Below, one piece after another: positions 36,840 to 45,840 of a DNA stretch of 64,000 nt. The stretch is from Candidatus Micrarchaeota archaeon CG1_02_47_40 (GTDB lineage: Archaea; Micrarchaeota; Micrarchaeia; Anstonellales; CG1-02-47-40), in NCBI GenBank assembly GCA_001871475.1, contig MNVE01000009.1, forward strand, positions 13,114-77,113, in the 5' to 3' direction. Position 1 is the stretch's first letter. The number at the start of each line of letters is the position of its first letter. The notes under the pieces are model-generated. The model searched no databases. It worked only from the letters and a program-made list of their open reading frames with translations, and was not told the origin of the DNA. A program made the translations under genes and the position numbers.

Positions 36840-37916
36840 ATGAAAACTGAAATAAGAGTTATGTCGCTTTTCTCCGGCTGCGGAGGGATGGATTTGGGCT
36901 TCCTTTTGGCAGAGCATCCGCTTTACGAGTATAAAATGGTGTGGGCTAATGATTTTGAGAAATGGGCTTGCGCGACATACAAAAGAAATCTTAAGCATGA
37001 AATTGTCTGCGGAGATATTTGGAATGTTGACTTGGACAAAACGCCGCCGGCAGACGTAGTTATAGGGGGCTTCCCCTGCGAAGATTTCTCAATTCTTAGA
37101 GGCGATACGCGCCCAGGCTTTGAATCAAAAAGAGGCCTGCTTTATACTAAATTCGTTGAGGCAGTATCAAAAAAACAGCCTTTGTTTTTTGCAGCTGAAA
37201 ATGTCAGGGGGCTGTTAAGCGCACACGGAGGGTGGGCAATTAAAAAGATAAAAGAAGATTTTGAAAAAGTAGACCACATCGGGTATAATGTTGAATATAA
37301 ACTCATTAATCTCGCGGATTACGGCGTGCCTCAAAACAGGCAAAGAGTGATTATAGTAGGAATTAGAAATGATTTGAACCTTAAATTTGTCTTCCCGCAG
37401 CCGACGCATAAAGATAGGCATGTCAATACAAGAACTGCTCTTGAAGGAGTTGAAAAAGTTAAGTTAAATAATGAAAAATTGAGAATGCTTGATTCTACAA
37501 AAAAGAAAATTGAAAGAATTCCTCCGGGCGGAAACTATAAAGATTTAGCTGAATATTCAGGAAGAAACTGGATGAGCCTGATATACAAACGGCTGCATCC
37601 TGACGAACCTTCGCCTACAATAGTCGCCTGCGGAGGAGGCGGAACTTGGGGCTACCATTATTCTGAACCAAGACCTCTGACAAACAGGGAAAGGGCGCGG
37701 CTGCAGACATTCCCTGATAATTTTCAATTTTTAGGACCGGTGGGAGAGGTCAGAAAGCAGATAGGAAATGCTGTTCCGCCTTTAGGAATAAAACCTGTGG
37801 CGGAGCGGATTTTGGAAATGTTCAGCAGCTTGAAAGACGCTCAACATGAGGCTGCCTGCGCATTGGCTGCGGAAAAATGCCAAAAAATTGAGGCAGCTTC
37901 AGCTCTTGCCCGATAG
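36840..37916 (+). CDS. dcm: DNA (cytosine-5)-methyltransferase
   Basis: Motif I FSGCGGMDLGF, motif IV GGFPCEDFS and ENV motif VI. Confidence 0.9.
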   Translation: MKTEIRVMSLFSGCGGMDLGFLLAEHPLYEYKMVWANDFEKWACATYKRNLKHEIVCGDIWNVDLDKTPPADVVIGGFPCEDFSILRGDTRPGFESKRGLLYTKFVEAVSKKQPLFFAAENVRGLLSAHGGWAIKKIKEDFEKVDHIGYNVEYKLINLADYGVPQNRQRVIIVGIRNDLNLKFVFPQPTHKDRHVNTRTALEGVEKVKLNNEKLRMLDSTKKKIERIPPGGNYKDLAEYSGRNWMSLIYKRLHPDEPSPTIVACGGGGTWGYHYSEPRPLTNRERARLQTFPDNFQFLGPVGEVRKQIGNAVPPLGIKPVAERILEMFSSLKDAQHEAACALAAEKCQKIEAASALAR

Positions 37917-38294
37917 TCCAGCGCATGCCCGTTCAATATTCTTCTTGATTTGATGCTCCCAGATTATTTTGACTTTCCATCCATGTTTCTTCAGCGCTTG
38001 TATGCTCCGTTTGTCCCTCAATCTGTTGTTTCTTATTTTCGGCAGCCAGTAGCTCCTGTTTGTTTTCGGCTCTTTATAGCATTTTGGGCAGGCATGCCAG
38101 AAGCAGCCATGAAGGAAAACGGCAGTTTTGCTTTTAGGAAGAAGTATATCCGGACTGCCTCGCATTTTAGGATGCATTCTGCAGGTTATATTCCGCTGCT
38201 TCAAAAATCTTCGGACTAATCTTTCCTGAACCGTCCATCTGCTGCGGATTTTTGACATTGTCCTGCTGCGCTGGGTTTTGGTGAGATTATCCAT
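37899..38294 (-). CDS. vsr: very short patch repair endonuclease
   Basis: FLHGCFWHAC motif. 131 aa. Convergent with and overlapping the dcm 3' end. Confidence 0.85.
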   Translation of the reverse strand: MDNLTKTQRSRTMSKIRSRWTVQERLVRRFLKQRNITCRMHPKMRGSPDILLPKSKTAVFLHGCFWHACPKCYKEPKTNRSYWLPKIRNNRLRDKRSIQALKKHGWKVKIIWEHQIKKNIERACAGLSGKS

Positions 38295-38339
38295 GCTGCG
38301 AACCTGCTGATTTTTAAGATAGATGGCATTTATATCAAT

Positions 38340-39182
38340 ATGGACGAAGAAGAATACGGCGCAAAACAGGCATGCAAATATCTCGGCATTTCGGATTCTT
38401 TTCTGAAGAACAGCAAAGAGATACCTATTTTCAAAAAAGGAAGAAAACGGGTCTGCTCAAAACAGTCTTTGGATGAATGGAAAGCTGCACGCGAAAAAAG
38501 AACTCTGCTGCTTGATGTGCGTGACTATGCCAAATGCTTTGATTTCGCACTCGCAATGCATTACAGAGGGTATACTGCTGCAGATTGGGGCACTTCAAGG
38601 AAAAGAGAAGCGGGGCAGAACCTGACAAACTGGATTAGAGGGCAGCTTGGAGAGATTGCAGTTCAAAAATTCTTAAAGAGGGATTTTAATTTGGATGTTG
38701 AGTTGGATTTTGACCTGCATGATGAGATTGTTCCGCAGGATATTATAGGAGTCAAGGAAAAATCAGGGATTAGAGAACCTAAAATAAGAGTCGCAGTCAA
38801 AGCTACAAAGTTTCGGAACAGCTGGCTTATACTTGGAACCGCAGATGTTGAGCCTGCAAACAGGCAGTCTGACGCATATATTCTCACTAGAATTGACCTG
38901 CCTGACGACCACCTCATCAGAATTGCAAAGAAGGAGCTTAAAGAACTGCTGAAGAATGAAAAGCATTTTGGAAGCTATAGGGAAAAATTGGCTGATTTTG
39001 AACCGGTTCCCTGCGAAGTTGCGGGTTTTGCATACCGCAATGAACTTGAAAAAGTTGAGGACACGGCAAGACTCGCGGGAATTTTAGGTACACGGAATCC
39101 GACAGGAGCCAGATATGTGAAAGTGTCGGGAGAACTACGGATTTCAAAGGAAGATTGGAACGAACTGATTAAACGCATATAG
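38340..39182 (+). CDS. HTH (excisionase/MerR-like) domain protein with possible PD-(D/E)xK nuclease core; candidate restriction endonuclease partner of Dcm
   Basis: N-terminal AKQACKYLGIS...VCSKQSLDEWK HTH. The central region contains GEIAV...PQD(134)...K(154/157)...E(170), a weak nuclease-like pattern. It is adjacent to dcm/vsr. Confidence 0.3.
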   Translation: MDEEEYGAKQACKYLGISDSFLKNSKEIPIFKKGRKRVCSKQSLDEWKAAREKRTLLLDVRDYAKCFDFALAMHYRGYTAADWGTSRKREAGQNLTNWIRGQLGEIAVQKFLKRDFNLDVELDFDLHDEIVPQDIIGVKEKSGIREPKIRVAVKATKFRNSWLILGTADVEPANRQSDAYILTRIDLPDDHLIRIAKKELKELLKNEKHFGSYREKLADFEPVPCEVAGFAYRNELEKVEDTARLAGILGTRNPTGARYVKVSGELRISKEDWNELIKRI

Positions 39183-39190
39183 GCGGATTT

Positions 39191-39916
39191 ATGGCAAATC
39201 TTGCGCGAATTACAAGAAAGCACATGGAAGAGGAGGAAACAGGAGGTACGGGTGAGCTTCTGCGCCAGACAATTTTAGGGGGGCAGGATGGATTAGTGAA
39301 TGTGCTGGGAATAGTGCTTGGTGTTGCGGCAGCCACTTCCGATGCAAGGATGGTGCTGGTGGCGGGGTTTGCCGCAGCGTTTGCGGAATCGGTTTCAATG
39401 GCGGCGGTTGCGTATACTTCCACAAGAGCTGAACAAGACCATTACAGGAGAATGCTCGCGGTTGAAAAGTATGAAATGGAAAACCTGCCGGACATAGAAA
39501 GGGAAGAGATAAGGATGATTTACAGGAAGAAGGGGTTTTGGGGAAAGGATTTGGAGAGAGTGGTGAAGGTAATCACCGGCAATAAGAAGATGTGGCTGGA
39601 TGTAATGATGAAGGAGGAGCTTGGATTGGTGGATGTTGGGGGAATAAAGCCGAAGAATGAGGCTCTTGTTGTTGGTGTTTCTTCCTTTATCGGCTCTCTT
39701 CTTCCTTTGCTTGCATTTTTGGTGCTGCCTATTTCCTCTGCTTTTTTTGCGGCTATCGCCATCTCGCTTGTTATACTTTTTGCAGCAGGGATGGTTAAGG
39801 GGAAGCTGACTACTGGAAAGATACTGCATGATGGAGTGGAGATGGCAGTTATTGGAGGGCTGGCGGCGATTGTAGGATATCTGGTTGGCACGCTTGCAGG
39901 CGCAGCCGGGCTGTAA
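39191..39916 (+). CDS. VIT1/CCC1-family iron/manganese transporter
   Basis: QDGLVNVLGIVLGVAAAT motif and a C-terminal TM bundle. Confidence 0.7.
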   Translation: MANLARITRKHMEEEETGGTGELLRQTILGGQDGLVNVLGIVLGVAAATSDARMVLVAGFAAAFAESVSMAAVAYTSTRAEQDHYRRMLAVEKYEMENLPDIEREEIRMIYRKKGFWGKDLERVVKVITGNKKMWLDVMMKEELGLVDVGGIKPKNEALVVGVSSFIGSLLPLLAFLVLPISSAFFAAIAISLVILFAAGMVKGKLTTGKILHDGVEMAVIGGLAAIVGYLVGTLAGAAGL

Positions 39917-39929
39917 GGCGGTGCGGAAG

Positions 39930-41513
39930 ATGCGGCACTCTGCAAAAGACATTCCTTCCTCCCCTGGCGTCTATCTGATGAAAGGGAGCAGAGGGGAAAT
40001 AATCTACATAGGAAAGGCAAAGAACCTCCGCGAGAGGGTGGGAAGCTACTTTTCAGGTGAACAAGAGGGAAAGACTGCAAGGATGGTTGGAGAGATTAAA
40101 GATATTGATTTCATAGTCACGGATAATGAAACGGAAGCGCTCATCCTGGAAGCAAGCCTGATAAGGCAGAATAAGCCCAAGTATAATGTTGATTTGAGGG
40201 ATTCGGAGAGATTCACTTACATTATTTTCAGCAATGAAAGATTTGCAAGAATTTTTCTTGCGCGCAATCCAACAGCTTCAAGATGCGCGCGTGCAGGCAG
40301 TAAAGTTTTCGGTCCTTTCGCAAAAGGAAGCGCGCGCATACTCGTTGTGGACACCCTGCGCAAAATATTTGGGCTTCGCACCTGTAGAAATATGCCAAGG
40401 CGGGCATGTTTGCAATACCATATGGGAAACTGCACCGCGCCATGCGAGGGAAGAGTAGGGGAGAGAAAATATGCGGAGAAGGTAAAGGAAGTTGAGAAAG
40501 TGCTTTCCGGAAAAGGAGGGGGGTATGAGGGATTGCTGGAAAAGCTGAAGGGAGAGATGGAGTATGAAGCAGGAAAAAGGAATTTTGAAAGGGCTGCGAA
40601 ACTGCGGGACAGCCTGCGTGTTCTTGAAGGATTGCAGGAGAGGCAGAAAATAGAAAGGGTTGATGGAAAAGATGAGGATTATTTGTATTATGCCCGGAAT
40701 GCCAAAGGCGCCGTTTCATTGCAGATGTTCCGCGTGATTGGGGGAGTGATAAAGGAAAGAGAGAAGCACTCCTTTGAGGCGGAAAAAGGAAAGGAATTGG
40801 AGGAGTTTATGCTTGCGCATTATGCCGAAGGAAACATTCCGCAGAAGATTTACGTGCAGGAGGAATTTGGGGGAAGGAAGGCACTTGAAGGGTATCTTGG
40901 AGGGATTGCAGGCAGCAGAGTCGCAATAACTGTTCCGCAAAAAGGGGATAAGAAAAAACTGCTGGAATTGCTCGCAAAGAACATGGAAAGTGAGATACCT
41001 GTTGCACTCGTAAAACTCCGGCGCGCACTTTCCCTGCGTGAAATTCCGAGGGTTATAGAGTGCTTTGACGTTTCAAACCTTGGGAAGGAAGGAATTGTAG
41101 GAGCGATGGTGCGCTTTGTTGATGGGAAGCCGGACAAGGGGAATTACAGGAAATTTAAGATAAAGGAAGTGAAGGGGCAGGATGATTTTGCCTCTATGAA
41201 GGAAATAGTGTTCAGGAGGTATTTGAGATTGGGCAGGGAGAATGCAGAAATGCCGAATTTGGTGCTCGTGGATGGGGGGGTTGGACAGCTAAACAGCGCA
41301 ATGAAGGCGCTTTCAGAGCTGGGAGTGGATTTGGAGTGTATTTCACTTGCAAAGGAAGAGGAAAAAGTCTACTCGCCGAAATTTTCACAGCCCATCGCCC
41401 TGCCGAAAACGGATGAGGGGCTCAAAATACTCATGCACGCGCGGGATGAGGCGCACAGGTTTGCGATTTCATATCAAAGGAAGGTAAGGGGCAGAAGTTC
41501 GGGAATTGCTTAA
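39930..41513 (+). CDS. uvrC: excinuclease ABC subunit C
   Basis: N-terminal GIY-YIG (PGVYLMKG...IYIGKAKNLRERV), UVR domain, and the C-terminal endonuclease V/HhH region. Confidence 0.9.
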   Translation: MRHSAKDIPSSPGVYLMKGSRGEIIYIGKAKNLRERVGSYFSGEQEGKTARMVGEIKDIDFIVTDNETEALILEASLIRQNKPKYNVDLRDSERFTYIIFSNERFARIFLARNPTASRCARAGSKVFGPFAKGSARILVVDTLRKIFGLRTCRNMPRRACLQYHMGNCTAPCEGRVGERKYAEKVKEVEKVLSGKGGGYEGLLEKLKGEMEYEAGKRNFERAAKLRDSLRVLEGLQERQKIERVDGKDEDYLYYARNAKGAVSLQMFRVIGGVIKEREKHSFEAEKGKELEEFMLAHYAEGNIPQKIYVQEEFGGRKALEGYLGGIAGSRVAITVPQKGDKKKLLELLAKNMESEIPVALVKLRRALSLREIPRVIECFDVSNLGKEGIVGAMVRFVDGKPDKGNYRKFKIKEVKGQDDFASMKEIVFRRYLRLGRENAEMPNLVLVDGGVGQLNSAMKALSELGVDLECISLAKEEEKVYSPKFSQPIALPKTDEGLKILMHARDEAHRFAISYQRKVRGRSSGIA

Positions 41514-41739
41514 AAGATTTTCTCCTTCTAATTCCTCGCATGAGCGACCAGAGTTATTTTCAGGAGCTAGCCAAAGCCGGAAGCGGAAAGCCGCAAAGCA
41601 AAGTCGGGAGATTGGAAGGGATGGGAATGAGCGAACGGGGAGTTTATGAAGAGCTTGTGAAGTTCGGCATTCCAAAATTGGATGCGGGGATAATAACAGA
41701 CTGCCTGAACATGGAGAAGGCGTGCATGTGGCAGAATGA

Positions 41740-42125
41740 TGAGGATGGTTTGCAACGAGGGCGTTCTGCCAGCTCGTTGCAAAATTTTGAAAAAGCGCAG
41801 GGTAACCGTACAAGGGGCGCTTTTTCAAATGTTTCGCTGGAAGCGGTTGGGAAAGTGAATGAGTTTGTGAAGGGGAAGGGGCTTGGCATGAAGGTTGAGG
41901 CATCGGCTGGAAGGTATGGGAAGGTAGTTTGGGAAGTGAGGAAACCGCAAGGGTTGACACCGAAGGTGTCAAATTTTGACGCAGAAGCGTCAAATGTTTC
42001 CGAACGATTTGAAAGTTCCGAAGAACTTTCAAAATTTTGAAACGCAAAGCGTTTCAAACGTCTTGACGCGAAACCGACAGCTTTGCTGTCGGAACTTGCG
42101 CAGAGCGCAAGTAGAGCGTCAAGCG
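41740..42125. repeat. hairpin-dense non-coding region (at least 8 consecutive perfect palindromes, many with GAAG/AAA loops); candidate structured ncRNA or cluster of mini-repeat elements
   Basis: Palindromes TTGCAACGAG...CTCGTTGCAA, TTGACACC-GAAG-GTGTCAA, GTCAAATTTTGAC, GACGC-AGAA-GCGTC, TTGAAAGTTC-CGAAG-AACTTTCAA, TTTCAAAATTTTGAAA, TTGAAACGC-AAA-GCGTTTCAA, CCGACAGC-TTTG-CTGTCGG and CTTGCGC-AGA-GCGCAAG, all read directly. Confidence 0.55.
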
Positions 42126-42226
42126 AAGTGAAAAAGGAGTAGGAGATGTTACCCCGCACTGAAAAGTATGCGCGTTGCTTTTTCTTTTATTGCTTCTGCC
42201 GCTTCCCTGCCGTTTGCGTCTAATCT

Positions 42227-42281
42227 ATTGAAATCTCACTTTCAATTTTTGCCTAATTATTGAAAGCAGACTTTCAATAAT
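42227..42281. promoter_or_regulatory. two related palindromes (ATTGAAA-TCTCAC-TTTCAAT; ATTATTGAAAG-CAGA-CTTTCAATAAT) upstream of the AAA_14 ATPase gene; putative operator pair
   Basis: Read directly from the sequence, 20-75 bp upstream of ATG 42302. Confidence 0.35.
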
Positions 42282-42301
42282 GGAAAAGTATTTAAATACT
42301 T

Positions 42302-43645
42302 ATGCCTAAAATACCCTTTATGGAAATAGAAGGCATTGCAAAGCAGAACCCTTGGTGGGGGAACCCCAAAGGATGGGAAGGGCAGGACAGGCACTTTAGG
42401 CTCTTGGAAAATTATAAGTATGTGTATGAGAGGGAGGGCTATCTTCCGGCAAAGGAGGGGGTGGTTGTCCTCTACGGTCCGAGGCAGATCGGAAAGACTA
42501 CCTGGATAAAGAGAAGAATAGCAAACCTTCTGAAAACCTGTAAATCAACGGAGATATTCTACCTGAATGCCGAAACAGTCAGGGACAGGTTTGAGCTGTA
42601 TGAGGCGGTAAAGACTGCCGGTGGGCTATATTCCCCAAAATACATTTTCATTGACGAGATAAACGCGATAGCTGACTGGGAGAGGGGGATAAAGGCGCTT
42701 GTGGATGAAGGGGCTTTTGAAGGGAAATGCGCGCTTTTGAGCGGCTCAAGCTCCCTTAACATAATGAAAAAATCAGAGCGGCTTCCCGGAAGGCTGGCAA
42801 AGGGAAAGAACAAATACAGGTTTTACCCGCTCTCTTTCGCGGAATCGGCAAGGCTTTACGGGATGGAGTTTAAGGATGCAAAATCCGCGCTTGCCGGGCT
42901 GGATAAGCTGAACCCCCTCCTTTACAGATATTTCATACACGGCGGATTTATCCGGGCGCAGAATGCTCTTGAAGAAAAAGGAAGGCTGGACGAGGAGCTG
43001 TTTTCGGTGTATTCTGCGTGGATTGACGGGGAGCTTGCAAAAGTGAAAAAATCACCTGAAATCACGACTGGTATAATGGACGGAGCTGCCAATGCACTGA
43101 CGAATGAAACTACTTGGAGTGCAATCAGCAGAAGCGCAAGCCACCCGACAATAGCGGAGTATGTTGAGACTCTTAAGGACATGTTCGTGTTCGGATACAT
43201 AGAGAAATCAAGACGGGCAAAGGAGGGGATGCCCAAAAACAAGAAGATTTACTTTTCTGACCCTTTTCTTTACTGGCTTGCGCTTTATCGGGGCAGAAAG
43301 ATTGACGGCGCGGGAGTGGAGGATTTGGGTTTGGAAACCTGCGGAAAGCTTGCGGAGCTGTGCGTTTATTCCTGCCTGGTTGATTTTCTTGATGGGCAGA
43401 AGCAGGAGAGCGACTTTGAGCCGCGAAGGTATATTCATTTTGAGAGGGGGGAGGAAGGAGAGATTGATTTTTGCGTTAGACATGAGGGGAAGACTTATTT
43501 CCTTGAGTCAAAATTCGGGAAGGTGGAAAAGGAAAAGAAGGGAGTTATTTACATAACCAAAAATCAGTTCGGCAGGAATAAGATACCTTTGGCGGTTTTT
43601 CTTCTGCATCCTCTTGGAAGTTTGGAGCTGTGCAGGGCAGTTTAG
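42302..43645 (+). CDS. AAA_14/DUF4143-family ATPase
   Basis: Walker A LYGPRQIGKTT and Walker B IFIDEIN. The C-terminal region is DUF4143-like. Confidence 0.65.
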   Translation: MPKIPFMEIEGIAKQNPWWGNPKGWEGQDRHFRLLENYKYVYEREGYLPAKEGVVVLYGPRQIGKTTWIKRRIANLLKTCKSTEIFYLNAETVRDRFELYEAVKTAGGLYSPKYIFIDEINAIADWERGIKALVDEGAFEGKCALLSGSSSLNIMKKSERLPGRLAKGKNKYRFYPLSFAESARLYGMEFKDAKSALAGLDKLNPLLYRYFIHGGFIRAQNALEEKGRLDEELFSVYSAWIDGELAKVKKSPEITTGIMDGAANALTNETTWSAISRSASHPTIAEYVETLKDMFVFGYIEKSRRAKEGMPKNKKIYFSDPFLYWLALYRGRKIDGAGVEDLGLETCGKLAELCVYSCLVDFLDGQKQESDFEPRRYIHFERGEEGEIDFCVRHEGKTYFLESKFGKVEKEKKGVIYITKNQFGRNKIPLAVFLLHPLGSLELCRAV

Positions 43646-44145
43646 GAAATTCTTGCGAATATTACCGTCTTTTCCCCTCCCTGTTTCTTTGCGCATTTGG
43701 GGCAGTTTGCATACCAGAAATAGTATTCCAGGGGCTCCTTTTGGTATTTCTGCGTTACGTATTCCTTAAGCTCCTTTATTGCCGCTCCCATTTTGCTATA
43801 GCTTCCCTGATAAGCCTTTGAAACGAAAGTCCCTTCAAGGGAAACTATCTGCTTTGAAAGTTCCTTGTTCTCGGAAGGCTGTTTTTGAACCTCTAAAAAG
43901 AGTTTTGCCCAGAAAAGCCCTTCCTTTCCGTAAAGGAGCATTGGCTGCGAAGGCATTATTCCAGCCTTCTCTGCTGTTTTAAACGCGTATTTTACAGCCG
44001 AACCCATCCCAAGGGGTATGTGAAAAATATGCAGTATATTGACTGCTAAAAATGATTTGTTGCTCCACTTGCTTAATTTCAGGTCGTATTTCTTTATGTC
44101 AATATCAGAACAGCATTCTTCCTCTCCCATAGGCATCACGCTCAA
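43642..44145 (-). CDS. hypothetical protein (167 aa)
   Basis: ORF with a CPKC motif near the C-terminus and no confident family assignment. Confidence 0.3.
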   Translation of the reverse strand: MSVMPMGEEECCSDIDIKKYDLKLSKWSNKSFLAVNILHIFHIPLGMGSAVKYAFKTAEKAGIMPSQPMLLYGKEGLFWAKLFLEVQKQPSENKELSKQIVSLEGTFVSKAYQGSYSKMGAAIKELKEYVTQKYQKEPLEYYFWYANCPKCAKKQGGEKTVIFARIS

Positions 44146-44190
44146 AATAAAGGGGAGGGATTATATAAAGCTTTTGAGAAGAGATGGAGC

Positions 44191-44994
44191 ATGAAGAGAA
44201 TTTGCATTCCTGTATTTGACTGCAAAATGCTCAAAGAGGCGGCAGAAAAAACTGATTTGGTAGAGGTTAGGCTGGATAGGTTTGGGAAAAGGGAGAGGGA
44301 AAAACTCGCGGAAATAGCAAAAAAAATTAAAGCAAAACTCATCCTCACGATAAGGAAAAAAAGCGAGGGCGGGATTGAGCGGACGGGAGTCCGCGAAAGA
44401 TTTGACTCCCAAGAGTCAAACTGCCCGAAGCGGAGCAAGGGCGGGATTGAGCGGACGGGAGTCCGCGAAAGATTTGACTCCCAAGAGTCAAACTGCCCGA
44501 AGCGGAGCAAGGGCAGGAAGTTTAAAGGGAATGAACGCCAGAGGCTGGCGCTTTTTTTGGAAATGCTTAAAGCAGCAAGATTCGCATACGCCGATATCGA
44601 ACTTTCAAGCGGCAGGAAATTCATTGAAAAGGTAAGAAAAAAAGCAAAAGAGGCAGGCGCAAAGCTCATTCTCTCAAAGCACTATTTTGCCGGCACTCCA
44701 AGCAGGAAGGAGTTTTTGCAAACATATGCAAAAATGAAGAAGCTTGGCGCGGATATTTGTAAAATAGTAGGAACTGCAAGAAGTGAAAGAGACTGCGGGA
44801 ATGCAATGGAAGCGCTGAAAAAGGCAAAAAAAGACACTGCCATCTTCTTCTGCATGGGAAAGAAAGGAAAAAATACAAGAAGCGAGTGCTTAAAATTCGG
44901 CGCTCCTTTCACTTATGCCTCTTTAAAGAAAGGAAAGGAGAGTGCGAAAGGACAGTATGACTTTGGGAAGATGACAAAGCTACTCGAAGGATAA
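44191..44994 (+). CDS. aroD: 3-dehydroquinate dehydratase type I, carrying an in-frame 2x24-aa tandem insertion after the conserved EGG motif
   Basis: ICIPV...VEVRLD, LILTIRKKSEGG, ADIELS, KLILSKHYF and CKIVGTA blocks. The insert is GIERTGVRERFDSQESNCPKRSKG repeated twice. Confidence 0.7.
   Translation: MKRICIPVFDCKMLKEAAEKTDLVEVRLDRFGKREREKLAEIAKKIKAKLILTIRKKSEGGIERTGVRERFDSQESNCPKRSKGGIERTGVRERFDSQESNCPKRSKGRKFKGNERQRLALFLEMLKAARFAYADIELSSGRKFIEKVRKKAKEAGAKLILSKHYFAGTPSRKEFLQTYAKMKKLGADICKIVGTARSERDCGNAMEALKKAKKDTAIFFCMGKKGKNTRSECLKFGAPFTYASLKKGKESAKGQYDFGKMTKLLEG
44367..44510. repeat. perfect 72-bp tandem duplication (2 copies) inside aroD, internally palindromic (GAGTC...GACTC-CCAA-GAGTC)
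   Basis: The identical 72-bp unit gggcgggattgagcggacgggagtccgcgaaagatttgactcccaagagtcaaactgcccgaagcggagcaa occurs twice consecutively. Confidence 0.8.
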
Positions 44995-44996
44995 AA

Positions 44997-45815
44997 CTAA
45001 AATGACACTTCCTTTCCAGCCATCTTCAGCCTAATCAGCGCCTGATAAGCAGCTTTTCCCGCCTCCCCTGAAAGAAGAGAAAGAGCCTTTAATGCGGAAA
45101 CTGCCTCCATCTTCTCAAGGAAATGCACTGCTAAAAGAACCATCTGCACCTTTCCCCTCATCGCTACGGAGAGCAGTCCGTCTATTGAGTGCAATTTATT
45201 GAGCGCCTCTACTGCCTTTAGCGCAATTGAATCGCGCGCCTCAAGAGCCACTTCCACCAGTTCATTCACCGCTTTCATTTTCTCAAGGTGTGTTATCGCC
45301 TCAAAAGCCGCCTGTGCATTCCCCAAAAAGCACGCCTTTTTCAGAAGGGCCGCGTTGTTCAGTTTTGAAATGGCGCGCACAGAAGCGATTGCAACGGAAT
45401 CGCTTGCAGAAGAGATTAAATGAAAAAGGGAAGTTATGTCGCGCTCGCGCTCAAACACCTTCACCGAATCAAGGGATTTCTCCTCAAGAAAATGCGCCTT
45501 TGAATTCTCTCCGGGCAGGTCAAGTCTTTTGAGTTTGAAGGGAACCCTCTGCAGGCGGGAGGAGAGCACCAGAAGCTCAAAGGAGGCGGGATGCTCCTTT
45601 TGGGAAAGAGAATGGGCGTATTCAATGATTGGCAAAAGTGCTGACTGCGCCTCCTTATTATACTCTGCCGCCACTTTCAGCTGCCTTTCTATTTCAAGCA
45701 GGGAGTCTTTCACAAATTGCGCGTTTTTCTCCTCCCTTAATTCCAGCACTTCGCGCGCCATCTCCTCGCTTTTAAAAAGAACAAAATCCTTGCGAAGCAT
45801 TGAGGTTAACTCCAT
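44997..45815 (-). CDS. HEAT/PBS-lyase-like alpha-helical repeat protein
   Basis: Recurrent A..AL..L-type helical repeats (AIASVRAISKL, ALKAVEALNKL). Confidence 0.4.
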   Translation of the reverse strand: MELTSMLRKDFVLFKSEEMAREVLELREEKNAQFVKDSLLEIERQLKVAAEYNKEAQSALLPIIEYAHSLSQKEHPASFELLVLSSRLQRVPFKLKRLDLPGENSKAHFLEEKSLDSVKVFERERDITSLFHLISSASDSVAIASVRAISKLNNAALLKKACFLGNAQAAFEAITHLEKMKAVNELVEVALEARDSIALKAVEALNKLHSIDGLLSVAMRGKVQMVLLAVHFLEKMEAVSALKALSLLSGEAGKAAYQALIRLKMAGKEVSF

Positions 45816-45840
45816 GAATGGCTTTTTGCGCGCTTCCTAT

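Noticed and set aside
41540-42040. 166-aa plus-strand ORF in the uvrC-ATPase spacer
   Set aside because: The region is saturated with perfect palindromes, and the ORF composition follows the hairpins (e.g. SSLQNFEK is encoded by the shared module A). Treated as non-coding repeat/ncRNA region.
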